This document shows positions 37,111 to 48,500 of a DNA stretch of 64,000 bases, in pieces; the first letter of the stretch is position 1, and each line of letters starts with the position of its first letter. The notes under the pieces were generated by a model. That model did not search any database. It saw only the letters and a program-made list of their open reading frames with translations, and had not been told where the DNA came from. A program made the translations under genes and the position numbers. Source of the DNA: a virus (Duplodnaviria > Caudoviricetes); the IMG/VR virus record IMGVR_UViG_3300026116_000035. One strand, written 5' to 3'.

Positions 37111-39567
37111 ATGTCAAATATTCCTGGCGCACCAAACGCTCTTCCTAACACATATTCTGAAGTTACCACGTTATCAAGCGGTGTTTCTGTTCCTGGTGGC
37201 ATTCGACTTGCCGCTATAATGGGAGAAGGAGCTCGCGTCGAAACTCTTATCTCAAGCGCCAGAGGATCAGGAAATGATGGCCTTAATTCCACTTATACCA
37301 ATACTACTGGTCGTGATGGTCGCCACTTCTTAGTCAGTAAATATCCTCTCATTAGCAATCGTACTACTCTTTATAAAAACGGTATCCCACTAGTAGGTTT
37401 AGAAGATTCCATTGATTCAAGTTCATTTCCCTCTCAATATGATTACCGTGTCGAAATTGCTACAGGTAGAATCGAATTACAAACTGCAGCTCTAGTTGAT
37501 CAGGGTGGAGCTTTTTATTCAGCCTCTGCTCTTAACGTAGGTACAGGTACAATTAATTCATTACAACTTTTAGATGTTAACGCCCCTACTGAAACTTGGA
37601 CTATCCGCTGCACTTCCGTTATTCGTGATGGTTATGGCGCTCCTATTGATGGCTATGCTAAATTTATTGCTCAAGGTTCTGTTTCTGGTTTAGTTCTCGA
37701 TGGTTATGGAAATCAAATCGTTTGGCAATCAAATGGCGTAACTGTTAATAATGGAATATTAACATTTAATATTACTGAAGGTTTAACTGCCCTCCGTGAA
37801 GGTGATAAATTTATTATTAAAGTTAAGAGTGGAGCCTTATTAAACGGTGATTCTCTTTCTGTTACTTATATCGCAGAAAGTGATATTAATGATATTGAAT
37901 TTTTTGATGATATTAATAAATTAACCGCAAAACATGGGTACTCAAGTTTAACTAATAGACTTTCTTTAGGTGCTCAATTAGCTTTTGCAAACGTTCCTCC
38001 AGGTGTATTTACTTGCCAAACTGCTCCCTCTGTTCCCCGCCGAATTTCTTATTTATTAAAAGATTCAGCTACCGGGAAAGTTACTAAAGATGATTTAATG
38101 TTTGATCTTCCTATCGGCGTAACACCCGATCCAGACTCAAGAATTAATTTCTTTATTACCGATCCAGTTACAGGTATCGAAACTCAAATTGTACCGAATA
38201 AAACTGCATTCTATGACCCTACGTTAACAACTACTCCTCAATCATTTATATTCGGTGCAGGTTATACTTTTTCTTATACTGTTGTTATGGAAAATTCAGT
38301 TATCAAAGAAAGTAATGATGGCGTATTAACTGTTACAACTGGTACTCAAGCCACTTTATCCAGCTCTAATGTAAGTTTTAATATTGATGATCTTAGTGGA
38401 ACAAGAAGCGTTTATATTTATGACGCAACTAATTCACAAAATAATGGCGTCGCTACCGTTGTTTCTGTTAAAAATGGTATCGTAACTCTAACTAAAGGTG
38501 GTGGTTTCGTTACTGAATCTCATATCGTTTTTGAAGTTACCGATTCTGCTGCGAAAACTGCTAAAATCTTATTTACCGATGATTTAGTATTAAGTTTAGG
38601 TCAATCATTACGCGCTACTCTAGTTGATGTTAAAGATGCAGATTTCTTTGATGTTGGCTGGACTACCGCTTATGAAGCTCTAGAAAAAATTGATTGTGAT
38701 ATCGTTGTTCCTCTTCCTTCTCAAACAATTTCCGCTATTTTCTCAGAAGGTAAACAACATGTTACCACTATGAGTAATATCGAAAATCAAAAAGAACGTG
38801 TATTATTTATCGGTGCAATTCGTGGTCTAGCTCCAGAAAATGTAATTGGTACCACTGATGCTGCCGTTGAAGATATCGGTGTTCTCGAAGGTATTCAAGG
38901 TGATGATGTATCCGAAGTATTAGCCGGAAATGTTGAAGATCTCGCAAATTATGGTGTTCAAGCTGCTTATGGCGATACCTTTAGAGTTGTTTATTTCTAC
39001 CCTGATGAAATCGTTGTTCAAATTGGCGCCGATAGAACCATAGTTGATGGCTTCTTTATCGCTGCTGCTGCTGCTGGTTTCTTATCTGGCGTAACTAATA
39101 TCGCAATTCCGTTAACTAATAAAACATTATCTGGATTTACGATTCTCCGTGATAAGATTTTCCGCCCAATTACATTACAGCAAATTGCAGCTGCTGGTAT
39201 TACTTTATTACAACCAGTTTCTGGTGGTGGTAAAGTATTATGGGGTAAAACAACTACATTAAGTGGTTTCCCTGAAGAAGAAGAAATCAGCATCGTTTTT
39301 ATTAGAGACCGTGTTGCTAAGATTATGAGAGCCAGTTTCTTAGGGTTTATTGGTGGAGCTGAATCAAGTGCTCTACAAGGATCTCTAATGTCACGTGCTA
39401 CTGGTATATGCAATAGTTTGGTTACTCAGGGTCTAATTACTGCTTATAAAGGTTTGAAGATTGCCAGAGATTCTGTTGATCCGAGGCAATGGAACCTATC
39501 TCTTCAGATACAACCCACCTATCCGGTCAATTGGATCTTTATTAATATCGGCATTGGCATTTTATAA
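37111..39567 (+). CDS. Contractile tail sheath protein
   Basis: C-terminal sheath signature (AAAAAG..SG, PLTNKTLSG, AAGIT.L, G.TT, EEISIV.IRD, I.PTYPVNWIFI.I) and canonical position. Confidence 0.92.
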   Translation: MSNIPGAPNALPNTYSEVTTLSSGVSVPGGIRLAAIMGEGARVETLISSARGSGNDGLNSTYTNTTGRDGRHFLVSKYPLISNRTTLYKNGIPLVGLEDSIDSSSFPSQYDYRVEIATGRIELQTAALVDQGGAFYSASALNVGTGTINSLQLLDVNAPTETWTIRCTSVIRDGYGAPIDGYAKFIAQGSVSGLVLDGYGNQIVWQSNGVTVNNGILTFNITEGLTALREGDKFIIKVKSGALLNGDSLSVTYIAESDINDIEFFDDINKLTAKHGYSSLTNRLSLGAQLAFANVPPGVFTCQTAPSVPRRISYLLKDSATGKVTKDDLMFDLPIGVTPDPDSRINFFITDPVTGIETQIVPNKTAFYDPTLTTTPQSFIFGAGYTFSYTVVMENSVIKESNDGVLTVTTGTQATLSSSNVSFNIDDLSGTRSVYIYDATNSQNNGVATVVSVKNGIVTLTKGGGFVTESHIVFEVTDSAAKTAKILFTDDLVLSLGQSLRATLVDVKDADFFDVGWTTAYEALEKIDCDIVVPLPSQTISAIFSEGKQHVTTMSNIENQKERVLFIGAIRGLAPENVIGTTDAAVEDIGVLEGIQGDDVSEVLAGNVEDLANYGVQAAYGDTFRVVYFYPDEIVVQIGADRTIVDGFFIAAAAAGFLSGVTNIAIPLTNKTLSGFTILRDKIFRPITLQQIAAAGITLLQPVSGGGKVLWGKTTTLSGFPEEEEISIVFIRDRVAKIMRASFLGFIGGAESSALQGSLMSRATGICNSLVTQGLITAYKGLKIARDSVDPRQWNLSLQIQPTYPVNWIFINIGIGIL

Positions 39568-39608
39568 AAAAATAAAATTTCAAAAATCGATATACTTTTG
39601 AAGTTGGT

Positions 39609-40569
39609 ATGTATTTTATTATGGAAGAATACATACCGACACCAGAAGTGATAGAAGAAATTAAACAATTACTTGAACAAAAGTGGTCTATTAATAAAAT
39701 TGCCAAAAAATTCAATGTTGGTTGGAGAGTTATTAAAAAAATAGTTAATAAAAATAATTTTGTAAATAGACAATGTCATGCATCGATTCTAGAAAATGAA
39801 GAATTAGTAAATTCTATAAAAAAAATTATATGATGAAATGGTTCCTTTAAGAGGGATTGCAAAAGAATTAAATTTATCTTTTAAATCAATACTTAAAATT
39901 TGTGAAAAATTAAATTTAAATTATAGAGAATTAAAAGGTGGTAAAAAAGCAATAATTAGACCAACAGAAAAAATTTGTACAAATAATGATGGAAAAGGTT
40001 GTGGTATTAAAAAACCAATTGATCAATTTAGATGTTTAACCAGAACTAGAAATAGTGGAAACTCATATATTTATTATTCAACATATTGTTTAGAATGTGA
40101 ACCTAAATATAATCTTGTTTCTTCTAGAAATCATTATAAAAATAATAAGCAAATATACAGGATGCGAAATAAAAGAATACGGGAAAAAATGAAAACAAAT
40201 CCCGTTTTAAAATTACGAGCTAGAGTATCTGGAGCTGTGTTAAAGCAATTACGTAAGTACCATGGTTCAAAACAAAATAATTCAATTATGAAATATTTAC
40301 CATATTCTATTAAAGAATTAGTTGATCATTTAGAGGCTCAATTTAAAGAACCTGGTAATGAATGGATGAATTGGGAAAATTATGGAAATTATAAGTTTGG
40401 AAAAGGCAGAAAGTGGCATATTGATCATATAGTACCACAATCTGCTTTACCATTTGACTCTATGGAACATCCTAATTTTTTAAAATGTTGGGCTTTAGAA
40501 AACTTAAGACCATTAGACGCAGTTGAGAATATTTCAAAAGGAAATAAAATAATTAACATAAATAAATAA
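39609..40569 (+). pseudogene. HTH-HNH homing endonuclease split by a frameshift at an A8 run (39818-39825)
   Basis: ORFs 39609-39833 and 39838-40569 fuse to ...SIKKLYDEMVPLRGIAKEL... if one A is removed. C-terminal WHIDHIVP...NLRPL..ENISKGNK is an HNH motif. Confidence 0.7.
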
Positions 40570-40633
40570 CAAGTATTTAAATAATGCAGGGTAAGTTATG
40601 CATATTAAAACATAATTTTATGAGGAACTTATC

Positions 40634-41272
40634 ATGACACTTAGATTAAATAACCCTGGAACTACTAGAGTAGTTGATCCTGCCACTGGTAAAAATAGAA
40701 CCGCCACTCATTTATCTACTAATATTAATATTTTAGTTGAAGGTATTGCTGTTGGAGCAATACAAAAAATGCAAGTTACTGAAAAGCGATCAATTAAAAT
40801 GGTCGATGAGGTAGGGGGAGATGGCCATGTGGACAGTGCACCTACATCGTCTACTGATGTAAGTGGTTCAATTGATCGTACTCGATTTGATGGTCAGAGA
40901 ATTGCCGAAGCATTTATGAGAGGTTTCGTGCATGTTAAGTCTCAGCGTTTACCGTTTGATATTGAGATTCAGGATACGTTTAAGGGTGGTGATGATCAAT
41001 CAGTTGTAATCACTACGATAAGAAACGTATGGATACAGAGTATTGATTATACATACCAAGCTGATAATTTTATAATTGTTGAAGGTATGAGTTGGGTAGC
41101 AGAGACGATCGATAGTATTATGGGTTCAGGAGCTCCAGTTGTTGGGGACGTGAATGCACGAGGCGTAGCGTTAATAATCAATCCATTTGAGCGTCAGGCT
41201 GATATTGGGCTTTATCGTGGTGCATTGGATGGGGCTGGGTTATTAAATGCGATTGAGGGTTCTACGCTTTAA
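40634..41272 (+). CDS. Tail tube protein
   Basis: 212-aa beta-rich protein between the sheath and chaperone genes; GAGGA RBS. Confidence 0.8.
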   Translation: MTLRLNNPGTTRVVDPATGKNRTATHLSTNINILVEGIAVGAIQKMQVTEKRSIKMVDEVGGDGHVDSAPTSSTDVSGSIDRTRFDGQRIAEAFMRGFVHVKSQRLPFDIEIQDTFKGGDDQSVVITTIRNVWIQSIDYTYQADNFIIVEGMSWVAETIDSIMGSGAPVVGDVNARGVALIINPFERQADIGLYRGALDGAGLLNAIEGSTL

Positions 41273-41396
41273 TAGGCTCCGTAGTTATATAAATTATAAC
41301 ATTTAATACTATTATTTTTACAATTTAGAAAAATATATTATTTAGCATATTTATGACTAAATGATATATATTATATTATTAATTAAGGAGTATTAG

Positions 41397-42032
41397 ATGG
41401 CAAACATAGAAAGTCCGTTAGGTACAGTTACGCATTCAGCTGGGAAGAGAGTATTAACAGTTGATGATCAGTCTGAGGATTTTGAAACGAGAACATTTTC
41501 GTCAAATAATTCTGATGAAGAATTTGAGTCTAGATTTAGTAAAGAAGAGTTAGAGCAATTAGCGGCAGATCGAGATAGATTAAGAAGTACTCGAAAGGAA
41601 GCACAAGCTCAAAAAAATAAAATACCTGAAGCGGTAAAGAAGCGATTAGAAATTTTAACTGGTATTGGTAGATTAACTGAAGATATTGTTGTTGATAATG
41701 TAACATTTTCTATTAGATCATTAAAGCCGAAAGAGAATAGAGAGATAGTGGAGCATGCGGCAACGAAGGATTTAACGGTTAGTCAGGCGTTTGATATTAG
41801 AAGTCAGACGATAGCTAGAGCATTATATAAAATAGATGGTCAGCTGATAGGGGCAGTATTAAATGATAACTCAATAGAAGGTAGAGTTAATTTTGTTGAG
41901 GAGATATTAGAGGAATCGTTAGTAAATCATTTATATAATAGATATCAAGAGTTATTGGTACAGAATAAAAAGAAATTTTCGAGTTTGGGTGATACAGAAG
42001 AAGAGGTGCTTGAGAACGTAAAAAAATTGTAA
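41397..42032 (+). CDS. Tail assembly chaperone (G-like)
   Basis: Acidic, helical, lies between tube and tape measure; ends at a slippery site. Confidence 0.8.
   Translation: MANIESPLGTVTHSAGKRVLTVDDQSEDFETRTFSSNNSDEEFESRFSKEELEQLAADRDRLRSTRKEAQAQKNKIPEAVKKRLEILTGIGRLTEDIVVDNVTFSIRSLKPKENREIVEHAATKDLTVSQAFDIRSQTIARALYKIDGQLIGAVLNDNSIEGRVNFVEEILEESLVNHLYNRYQELLVQNKKKFSSLGDTEEEVLENVKKL
42020..42026 (+). other. Programmed -1 frameshift slippery site A AAA AAA
   Basis: Frame 0 reads gta aaa aaa ttg taa; the -1 frame is open from 42014 into ORF 42062-42406. Confidence 0.8.
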
Positions 42033-42406
42033 AAGAGTCCGATCATAGATTCATTTGGTTTTTGTGTCAGAAGTATCAAAAATTGCCGGATGATGATTGG
42101 TTTGAAGAAATCGATCCTATGGTGTGGCTCTGGATGTATATGAGTTGGATAGAAGATCAAAATTCGAAGCATAAATTTGCTAGAGATTATTCTGTATTTT
42201 TGGGTTCATTTAGTAATCCAGAAGCGGCGAAGCAAATTAATAAGAGAGATGATCCTGATTATGCATTGGATGATGAAGAATTTGAGAAGTCTTGGGAAAG
42301 AGTTATAGCTGATAGAGATAAAGTAATTAATAATGACGTAAATAAAGTTGAAAATGAAGGTAAATTAAGGCATAGAAGAAGAGTCTCTAAAAAGGTAATT
42401 AAATAA
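42020..42406 (+). CDS. Tail assembly chaperone GT C-terminal part (made by -1 frameshift)
   Basis: The -1 frame reads KIVKESDHRFIWFLCQKYQKLPDDDWF...; the listed TTG start at 42062 has no RBS. Confidence 0.75.
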   Translation, partial: KKIVKESDHRFIWFLCQKYQKLPDDDWFEEIDPMVWLWMYMSWIEDQNSKHKFARDYSVFLGSFSNPEAAKQINKRDDPDYALDDEEFEKSWERVIADRDKVINNDVNKVENEGKLRHRRRVSKKVIK

Positions 42407-44571
42407 TGGCTGACATAAATGATGTTAAATCTGTAACTGATCTGTTATCACAAGTAACGGATGGTTTTAAGGATTTTTTTTCAAATTTAGAAAGTACATT
42501 AGAAAAATTATCTGGAATACCTACACTTTTGGGTGGGGCGGATAACAGTTTAAATAAGGTAATAGATTCTTCAAAATTAGCAAATCGATCATTAAGTGAA
42601 ACGAATGCTACGAGTTTAAATTTAACTAAGACGATAACAGATTTTGGCTCAAGTTCAATTTCTGTATTTAAGGCATTTTCTGAAGGTAGTCATGAAAGTA
42701 TTGATGCATTAGGAGATGTTAATAAAGGTATTACTACAGTTATTTCTTCAGTGGGATTATTAACATTAGGTGGGTCAAATGCGTTTTCTGGATTAAATGA
42801 TGCTTCTAAATATACAATAAGTAATTTAAATGATTCTTTTATTCCTGTTTTAAATAGAGCATTTAGTTTATTAAATATAGGAACAGGTGATGGTCTTACG
42901 AGGACAATAAAAGATATTGCGACTAGTGGGGTTTTAGCTGTAGATTCGATTAATAATTTAGAAACATCATTGTTGGCTTTACATGCTCAAAGTGGTGATT
43001 TAACTACGGTATTGGATAAGACTGGATCATCACAAAGTAATCTAACTAAATTAACTGATGAATATATTGCATCAATAGCGAGAACGGTAAATCAAACTGG
43101 TGCATCAATAAATACGGTAATAAATTATTCCAAGGAAATATTGAAAATTCCTGGATTATATAATGAAATAATAAAGACTCCATTGGGGGAAAATTTAAGT
43201 TTTACTGAAGCAGCAATGAAGGCTACAGCAGGATCTACACAAGATTTAGGTGCTACTTTAGAGATTGCGAAGCAGCAGATGTTAAATTTTAAAAATAGTG
43301 GACAATCTTCATTAGAGTTATTGAGTAGAATGCAATCAGTAAGTCAGTCATTAGCAGTACCGTTTAATTTAATTCAGAGTCAAGTAAAACAAACGGCGGA
43401 TCAATTTAAATTTTTGGGAGATAATACTCAAGGTGCATTAACGATATTTAATCAAGTTGGAGAGGGGTTACAAAAATCAAAAATTGGTCCTGGAGCTATG
43501 GCGGAGTTAGTTAATGATGTTGTTGGGTCTATAGGGCAATTAGATATAGCGCAGAAATCATTTTTATCGGCTCAATCTGGTGGGGCGGGAGGTTTGCAGG
43601 GTGGATATCAAATTGATCAATTATTATCAGAGGGGAAGATAAATGAAGTCTATTCAAAGATAGAGGCTTCATTACGTCAGGAATTTGGTGGTAAGATAAC
43701 TACATTAAAAGAGGGAGCTAGTGATGCTGGTTCTGCTCAGCAATTAACAAAAGAGGTTGCATTTTTAACACAGGGTCCGTTTGGTCAAATTGTTAAGAGT
43801 AGTCAAGAAGCGTATAAATTATTAGAGAGTTTTAAGGCTGGAATTACGCCAGTTAAAGCTCCTACAGAATCTGAATTAAAAACAGGATTAAGTCAAACAA
43901 TTGATAAGGGTTCAGAATTAGAGAAGAATCAATATACTGAATTGCAAAAAATATCCAATAATACTGATATTTTTAGATTATATGCTCAAAAAGAATTGGG
44001 CCAAAATGTAAGAGAAGTAACAAAAACTGAGTTAAATAATGTAGCAAATCCGACATCATTGGAAGAGTCTACACAAAATGCTCCGAATGCAAGTAAAGCT
44101 TTATTATATACTGGTACGGATATTGTTGCTGGAGTTAAGGATGTATTTAATAAATTAACTAGTACAAATTTAGTAGAACCAACAAATATAGAAAGTAATT
44201 TAAAAAATAGAATAAATGTAGAAGCACCAACTGAGTCATTAAAAACGATAACTAATAATATATTTCAACCTACGCCTGTGGAGATTAATTCATCAAGAAA
44301 TAATCAAAATAATATACCGCAAGTTATTTCTCCAGATATAAATGCACAAAGAAATAGAGATGAAATATTGAAACAGCAGCAAGAAGAGAGACCTGATACA
44401 GTTTTGGCTAGTTCAAAGGGTGATCAGACATTAATAATTAAAGTTAATAGTACTGGATTAAGTGGAGTTGAGGAAGAAAGAATAATTGCAAAGGCTAGAG
44501 TTAGTACAATTAAGGCAATAGAAACGAGTGATCATAATTCTAGTATAGTTGGTCATCAGGGTAATCAATAG
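42406..44571 (+). CDS. Tape measure protein
   Basis: 721-aa helical Ala/Ser/Leu/Gln-rich protein immediately after the chaperones. Confidence 0.8.
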   Translation: MADINDVKSVTDLLSQVTDGFKDFFSNLESTLEKLSGIPTLLGGADNSLNKVIDSSKLANRSLSETNATSLNLTKTITDFGSSSISVFKAFSEGSHESIDALGDVNKGITTVISSVGLLTLGGSNAFSGLNDASKYTISNLNDSFIPVLNRAFSLLNIGTGDGLTRTIKDIATSGVLAVDSINNLETSLLALHAQSGDLTTVLDKTGSSQSNLTKLTDEYIASIARTVNQTGASINTVINYSKEILKIPGLYNEIIKTPLGENLSFTEAAMKATAGSTQDLGATLEIAKQQMLNFKNSGQSSLELLSRMQSVSQSLAVPFNLIQSQVKQTADQFKFLGDNTQGALTIFNQVGEGLQKSKIGPGAMAELVNDVVGSIGQLDIAQKSFLSAQSGGAGGLQGGYQIDQLLSEGKINEVYSKIEASLRQEFGGKITTLKEGASDAGSAQQLTKEVAFLTQGPFGQIVKSSQEAYKLLESFKAGITPVKAPTESELKTGLSQTIDKGSELEKNQYTELQKISNNTDIFRLYAQKELGQNVREVTKTELNNVANPTSLEESTQNAPNASKALLYTGTDIVAGVKDVFNKLTSTNLVEPTNIESNLKNRINVEAPTESLKTITNNIFQPTPVEINSSRNNQNNIPQVISPDINAQRNRDEILKQQQEERPDTVLASSKGDQTLIIKVNSTGLSGVEEERIIAKARVSTIKAIETSDHNSSIVGHQGNQ

Positions 44572-44579
44572 GAAAATAT

Positions 44580-45566
44580 ATGGCATTTCAACCTTTACAA
44601 CCATCAGATCCATTTGAAACAGCTGGAAGATTAAGTGGAAATTCGAAGAGTAATTTTTCGTCTAGTTATAATTCTGGACAAAATTTTACAGCAACACAAG
44701 GGCCGGCGCAGAGTGGATTTGGAACTCGTCAAAGTCAGGTACCAAATAATAGGGCAGCTGGGACGAAGAGAAATTTAATGCGATGGTTGGTTCCAGAGAT
44801 GCCGATAGTTGAGATGTATGTAAATCCGCAATCTGTTAGTTATAATTATTCTAAGCAGATAACTGAGCAAAGAACGAAAGGTGGTTATGTACTTCAATAT
44901 TGGGGAGAAAATTTAACTACATTAACATTGGGAGGAACTACTGGGACATCTGGTATTGAGGGAATTAATGTTTTATATGATGTATATAGGAATGAGCAAT
45001 TGATGTTTGATCCGTATGCATTAGTTTTACAATCTCAAGTTGATGCTCAGGCCCAAAGTGATACGAATTTTGATTTATTTGGAAATTCTGCATTAAATCC
45101 TAGTGGTCCAAATAGTTTTAATGGAGTTGCGAATTTATTAACTGGTAAATCAAATGTAAATACAGGTACACGTCCTAAGCCTACATTAGCATCTATGGCT
45201 TTTACAGTTGAATTATATTGGTCTGGAGAGGTTTATAGAGGATATTTTAAGGATTTTACAGTAGTTGAAAGAGCTGATAATTTGGGAATGTTTGATTATA
45301 CGATTAATTTTAGGGTGACACAGAAGCGTGGATTTAGGCAGAACTTTTTGGGATGGCACAGATCGGCAACGAGTGGCCCGAGTAATTCAAATCCTAATTA
45401 TGGAACGCCTCATAGTTTTGCCGCTTCATTGGATGCGATACCTACAGCTCAGAGAAACAGTGTTGATCAGCCTGGGTTAAATAGTCCATTTGTTGATATA
45501 GGTAGAAATACGAATAGTAATCTTAATGATCAAGGAAATGCTGTTATTAATGCATTTGATGTATAA
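44580..45566 (+). CDS. Baseplate tube-initiator protein (tube fold)
   Basis: EMYVNPQSV...K.I.EQRTKGG...QYWGE.L..L.L.G.TG pattern; follows the tape measure gene. Confidence 0.65.
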   Translation: MAFQPLQPSDPFETAGRLSGNSKSNFSSSYNSGQNFTATQGPAQSGFGTRQSQVPNNRAAGTKRNLMRWLVPEMPIVEMYVNPQSVSYNYSKQITEQRTKGGYVLQYWGENLTTLTLGGTTGTSGIEGINVLYDVYRNEQLMFDPYALVLQSQVDAQAQSDTNFDLFGNSALNPSGPNSFNGVANLLTGKSNVNTGTRPKPTLASMAFTVELYWSGEVYRGYFKDFTVVERADNLGMFDYTINFRVTQKRGFRQNFLGWHRSATSGPSNSNPNYGTPHSFAASLDAIPTAQRNSVDQPGLNSPFVDIGRNTNSNLNDQGNAVINAFDV

Positions 45567-48500
45567 TGAGTTTTTTAGGTAATATAAGTACAGCAGGAAA
45601 TAAATTATTAGGAGCGATAAATGAACAATTTACTCCTGGTGAAAATACTCCAAGAAGTTTAGATTCGGTAGATCCATCTGATCCGGATAGAACTACGAAT
45701 TTTGGTACTTTGGGTGATTTTGCGTCAAAAATAGATAAAAGTGCATTACGCTCATATGTGGAAACTGGATTAATTAGAAATGTAAAACCACATAATTTAG
45801 AAATATTAATGCAGGAACCTGAGTTAACAGTAATTGTTAAAAAGCGATTATTTTCATCATTAATTGATAATTATAGATTTGAATTAATGTCACCTGAAGA
45901 TAAGTTATTTATAAGGGCTAGTAAAAAATTATTTAAAAATAAATGTCAGGCTATAGCAACATATGAAAAATTAACAAAGATTGATCGTATTGTAAAAAAT
46001 ACTGGAATTTTAAATGAATTTTTGGTACCTCAAATTATAGCGGGTATTAATGGATTAAGCGCATTAGGTGTAAATATAGTAGATGGAAAAACTAAAAATA
46101 TATTAGATACATTGCAAAAAGTAATGAGTTTTTCTGATCCTTCTCAAATTACAAATTGGAATGTGGCAAATGATCCTGCTTTTTATTCAGAGATGGGTGA
46201 GGGCACTGGTACATTTGATTTAACGTTAATTTCGAGTATAAATACAACAACTTCAACGAAATTTGGTAATGGAAGTTGTAGTTTAACAATTGAAGATCCG
46301 TACAATTTAATGTCAATAACGGAAGAAGATATTGAAAAAGCTTTAGCAGATGCTTCTAGTATATTTAATAGTAGCAGTTTTTTTAGAGAAACCCAAGATA
46401 CATTAGATAAAATTATTAGTGATTATAAAAAACAATTAAATGATTCTAGGGTGCGAAGAGGTGCTGCTCCGATTAATTTTTTGATTAATGATGATACGAT
46501 ATTATATAGAAGAGTTCGGGCAATTGTTGATGAAATTGGGCAAGAAATATTTTTTAATTACGATCCTGGTGTTTTAGGTGTAGCGTCATCAGTTGATGTA
46601 GATGATAAGGGATTGCCTGTATTAAATCAATTAAATTCTGGAGAGTTGAAATTATTTATAAGTATAACAAAAAATATTTATCAATTATTAAATTTACAAA
46701 GATCAACTCAGTCTCAATTAAATAATTTGGATGATGCCACTCATGAAAATGTAAATTATGTACGAGATAAGATGACATTGCATTACATGGGTAAAACGAT
46801 AATTCAAACTATGGATGTAATTCATGTTTTTATGAGTTCTAAAACAAGTTTGGATAATAAGGTAATAGGATTTGATAAAGCTAGTTTAAGTGGTGGTAGT
46901 TTATTAGGAGCTTTGAATAATGCTACAAATAATCTTCAACAAAGTTTTAATAATATTGCTGGTTTTTTTGGTGGTAATGTTCAGAATACTATGATTGAAG
47001 CGGAGAAAGATGCAATAGTTGGGGCAGAATTTCCGACATGGCTTTGGTTATTATTAAGAAATACATTTACGAGACAATCAGCTGGAGTTCAGGTTTTTAC
47101 TGGAGTAGTTGGTCCGGCTACTAGTTCATATAATGCTAGTGATGGAAAATATATAGTAAATATTTCAGCTGAAGATAATACCAAATATATGAGAATGGGT
47201 CAAATTAATATTAAACCTTCTACAGATGTTTATAATGGTCCTTTGTATGATCCGTTAACTCCATTTAAATTAGATTTTGATGCTTCTACTGGGTTTCAAA
47301 ATGGTGAATTTCCTGAATTATTAGATGAAAATAAAAAATTATTACAATCTGGATTAATTAAGTTTAAAAATGGACCAATGCGTGGAAGTATTGCGTCTGA
47401 AAGTTTATATAAATTACAAAATGGAGAACCTGTACAGGGAAGTTCTTCTTTGAATTATAGAGTTGTATTAAATGATCCTGATGGTTTTATTTATCGTTGG
47501 AAATCAGGAATTGGTGCATTAACTACTTTTGGTACTCCTAATCCATTAACTTCTATAGATACTAAATTAGGGCAATCATTAACAAAAGATCCATTTGCTG
47601 GTCAAGATGTAATGAATGTATTGTCATTATTAGTAACAGGTCAGCCATATAATTATAATACTTTCGTTGTTTCTGGAATTAAGTCTGGTAATTTATCTAG
47701 AGATGATATTCTAAATCAAGATGGATCGGTTTCTTTTTATAGAGGTTTGGTGGCAAGTTTAACTAAGGATAATTTAACTTGGGGTAATTTCATTCCATTT
47801 AAGCATGAAATTATTAATGAAAGAAGTTTAAATTTTCTAGTTAAGGGACAATTTGATGTTAGTACGGCTAATACTAAATTAAATGATTTATTGCAACAGA
47901 GAGCTAATTTTCTTGATCAATTGAGTTTAACAGCAAATGGGAAAGAATTTGCGACTAATCCTCAGGCATTTGCGATAAATTCAAATTATGTTCCTAAATT
48001 ATCAAATACTGAAATTACAGCAAATGATCCAGCGGTAATTGCGGCTCAATCTATAGTTAATATAAATAAAGAAATAGCGGTTATTACAAATGATTTATTT
48101 AATTATTTATCATTGGCAAATATTAATAATGGATCTTTAAAGTTTTACGGTGATGATATTTCTTATGATCCTAATATTTCTGATGATAATTCTTTAACTG
48201 AAGAGCAAAAAGTTAAAAATAGAAAAGAATTTAGAAAAAAATTAAATTATTTAACTCAAAGACGATTATGGAAAGTTAAAGCTAATGAGGATGTTAATTT
48301 ATTTATTGTAGATGATCAATATGATAAAAATTATGATATTCAGGCTTTTGAGAAAACATTAGCTGGAAAATTAAGTTTATTAAATCCTGAATATACACAA
48401 GTTGGAGATCAAATACCAAGAATTGCTGCAGAATTGGGATTAGAAGTATTTGCAGATTCTCAGGGTCACATTAGAGCTCGTCCACCTGCTTATAATAAAG

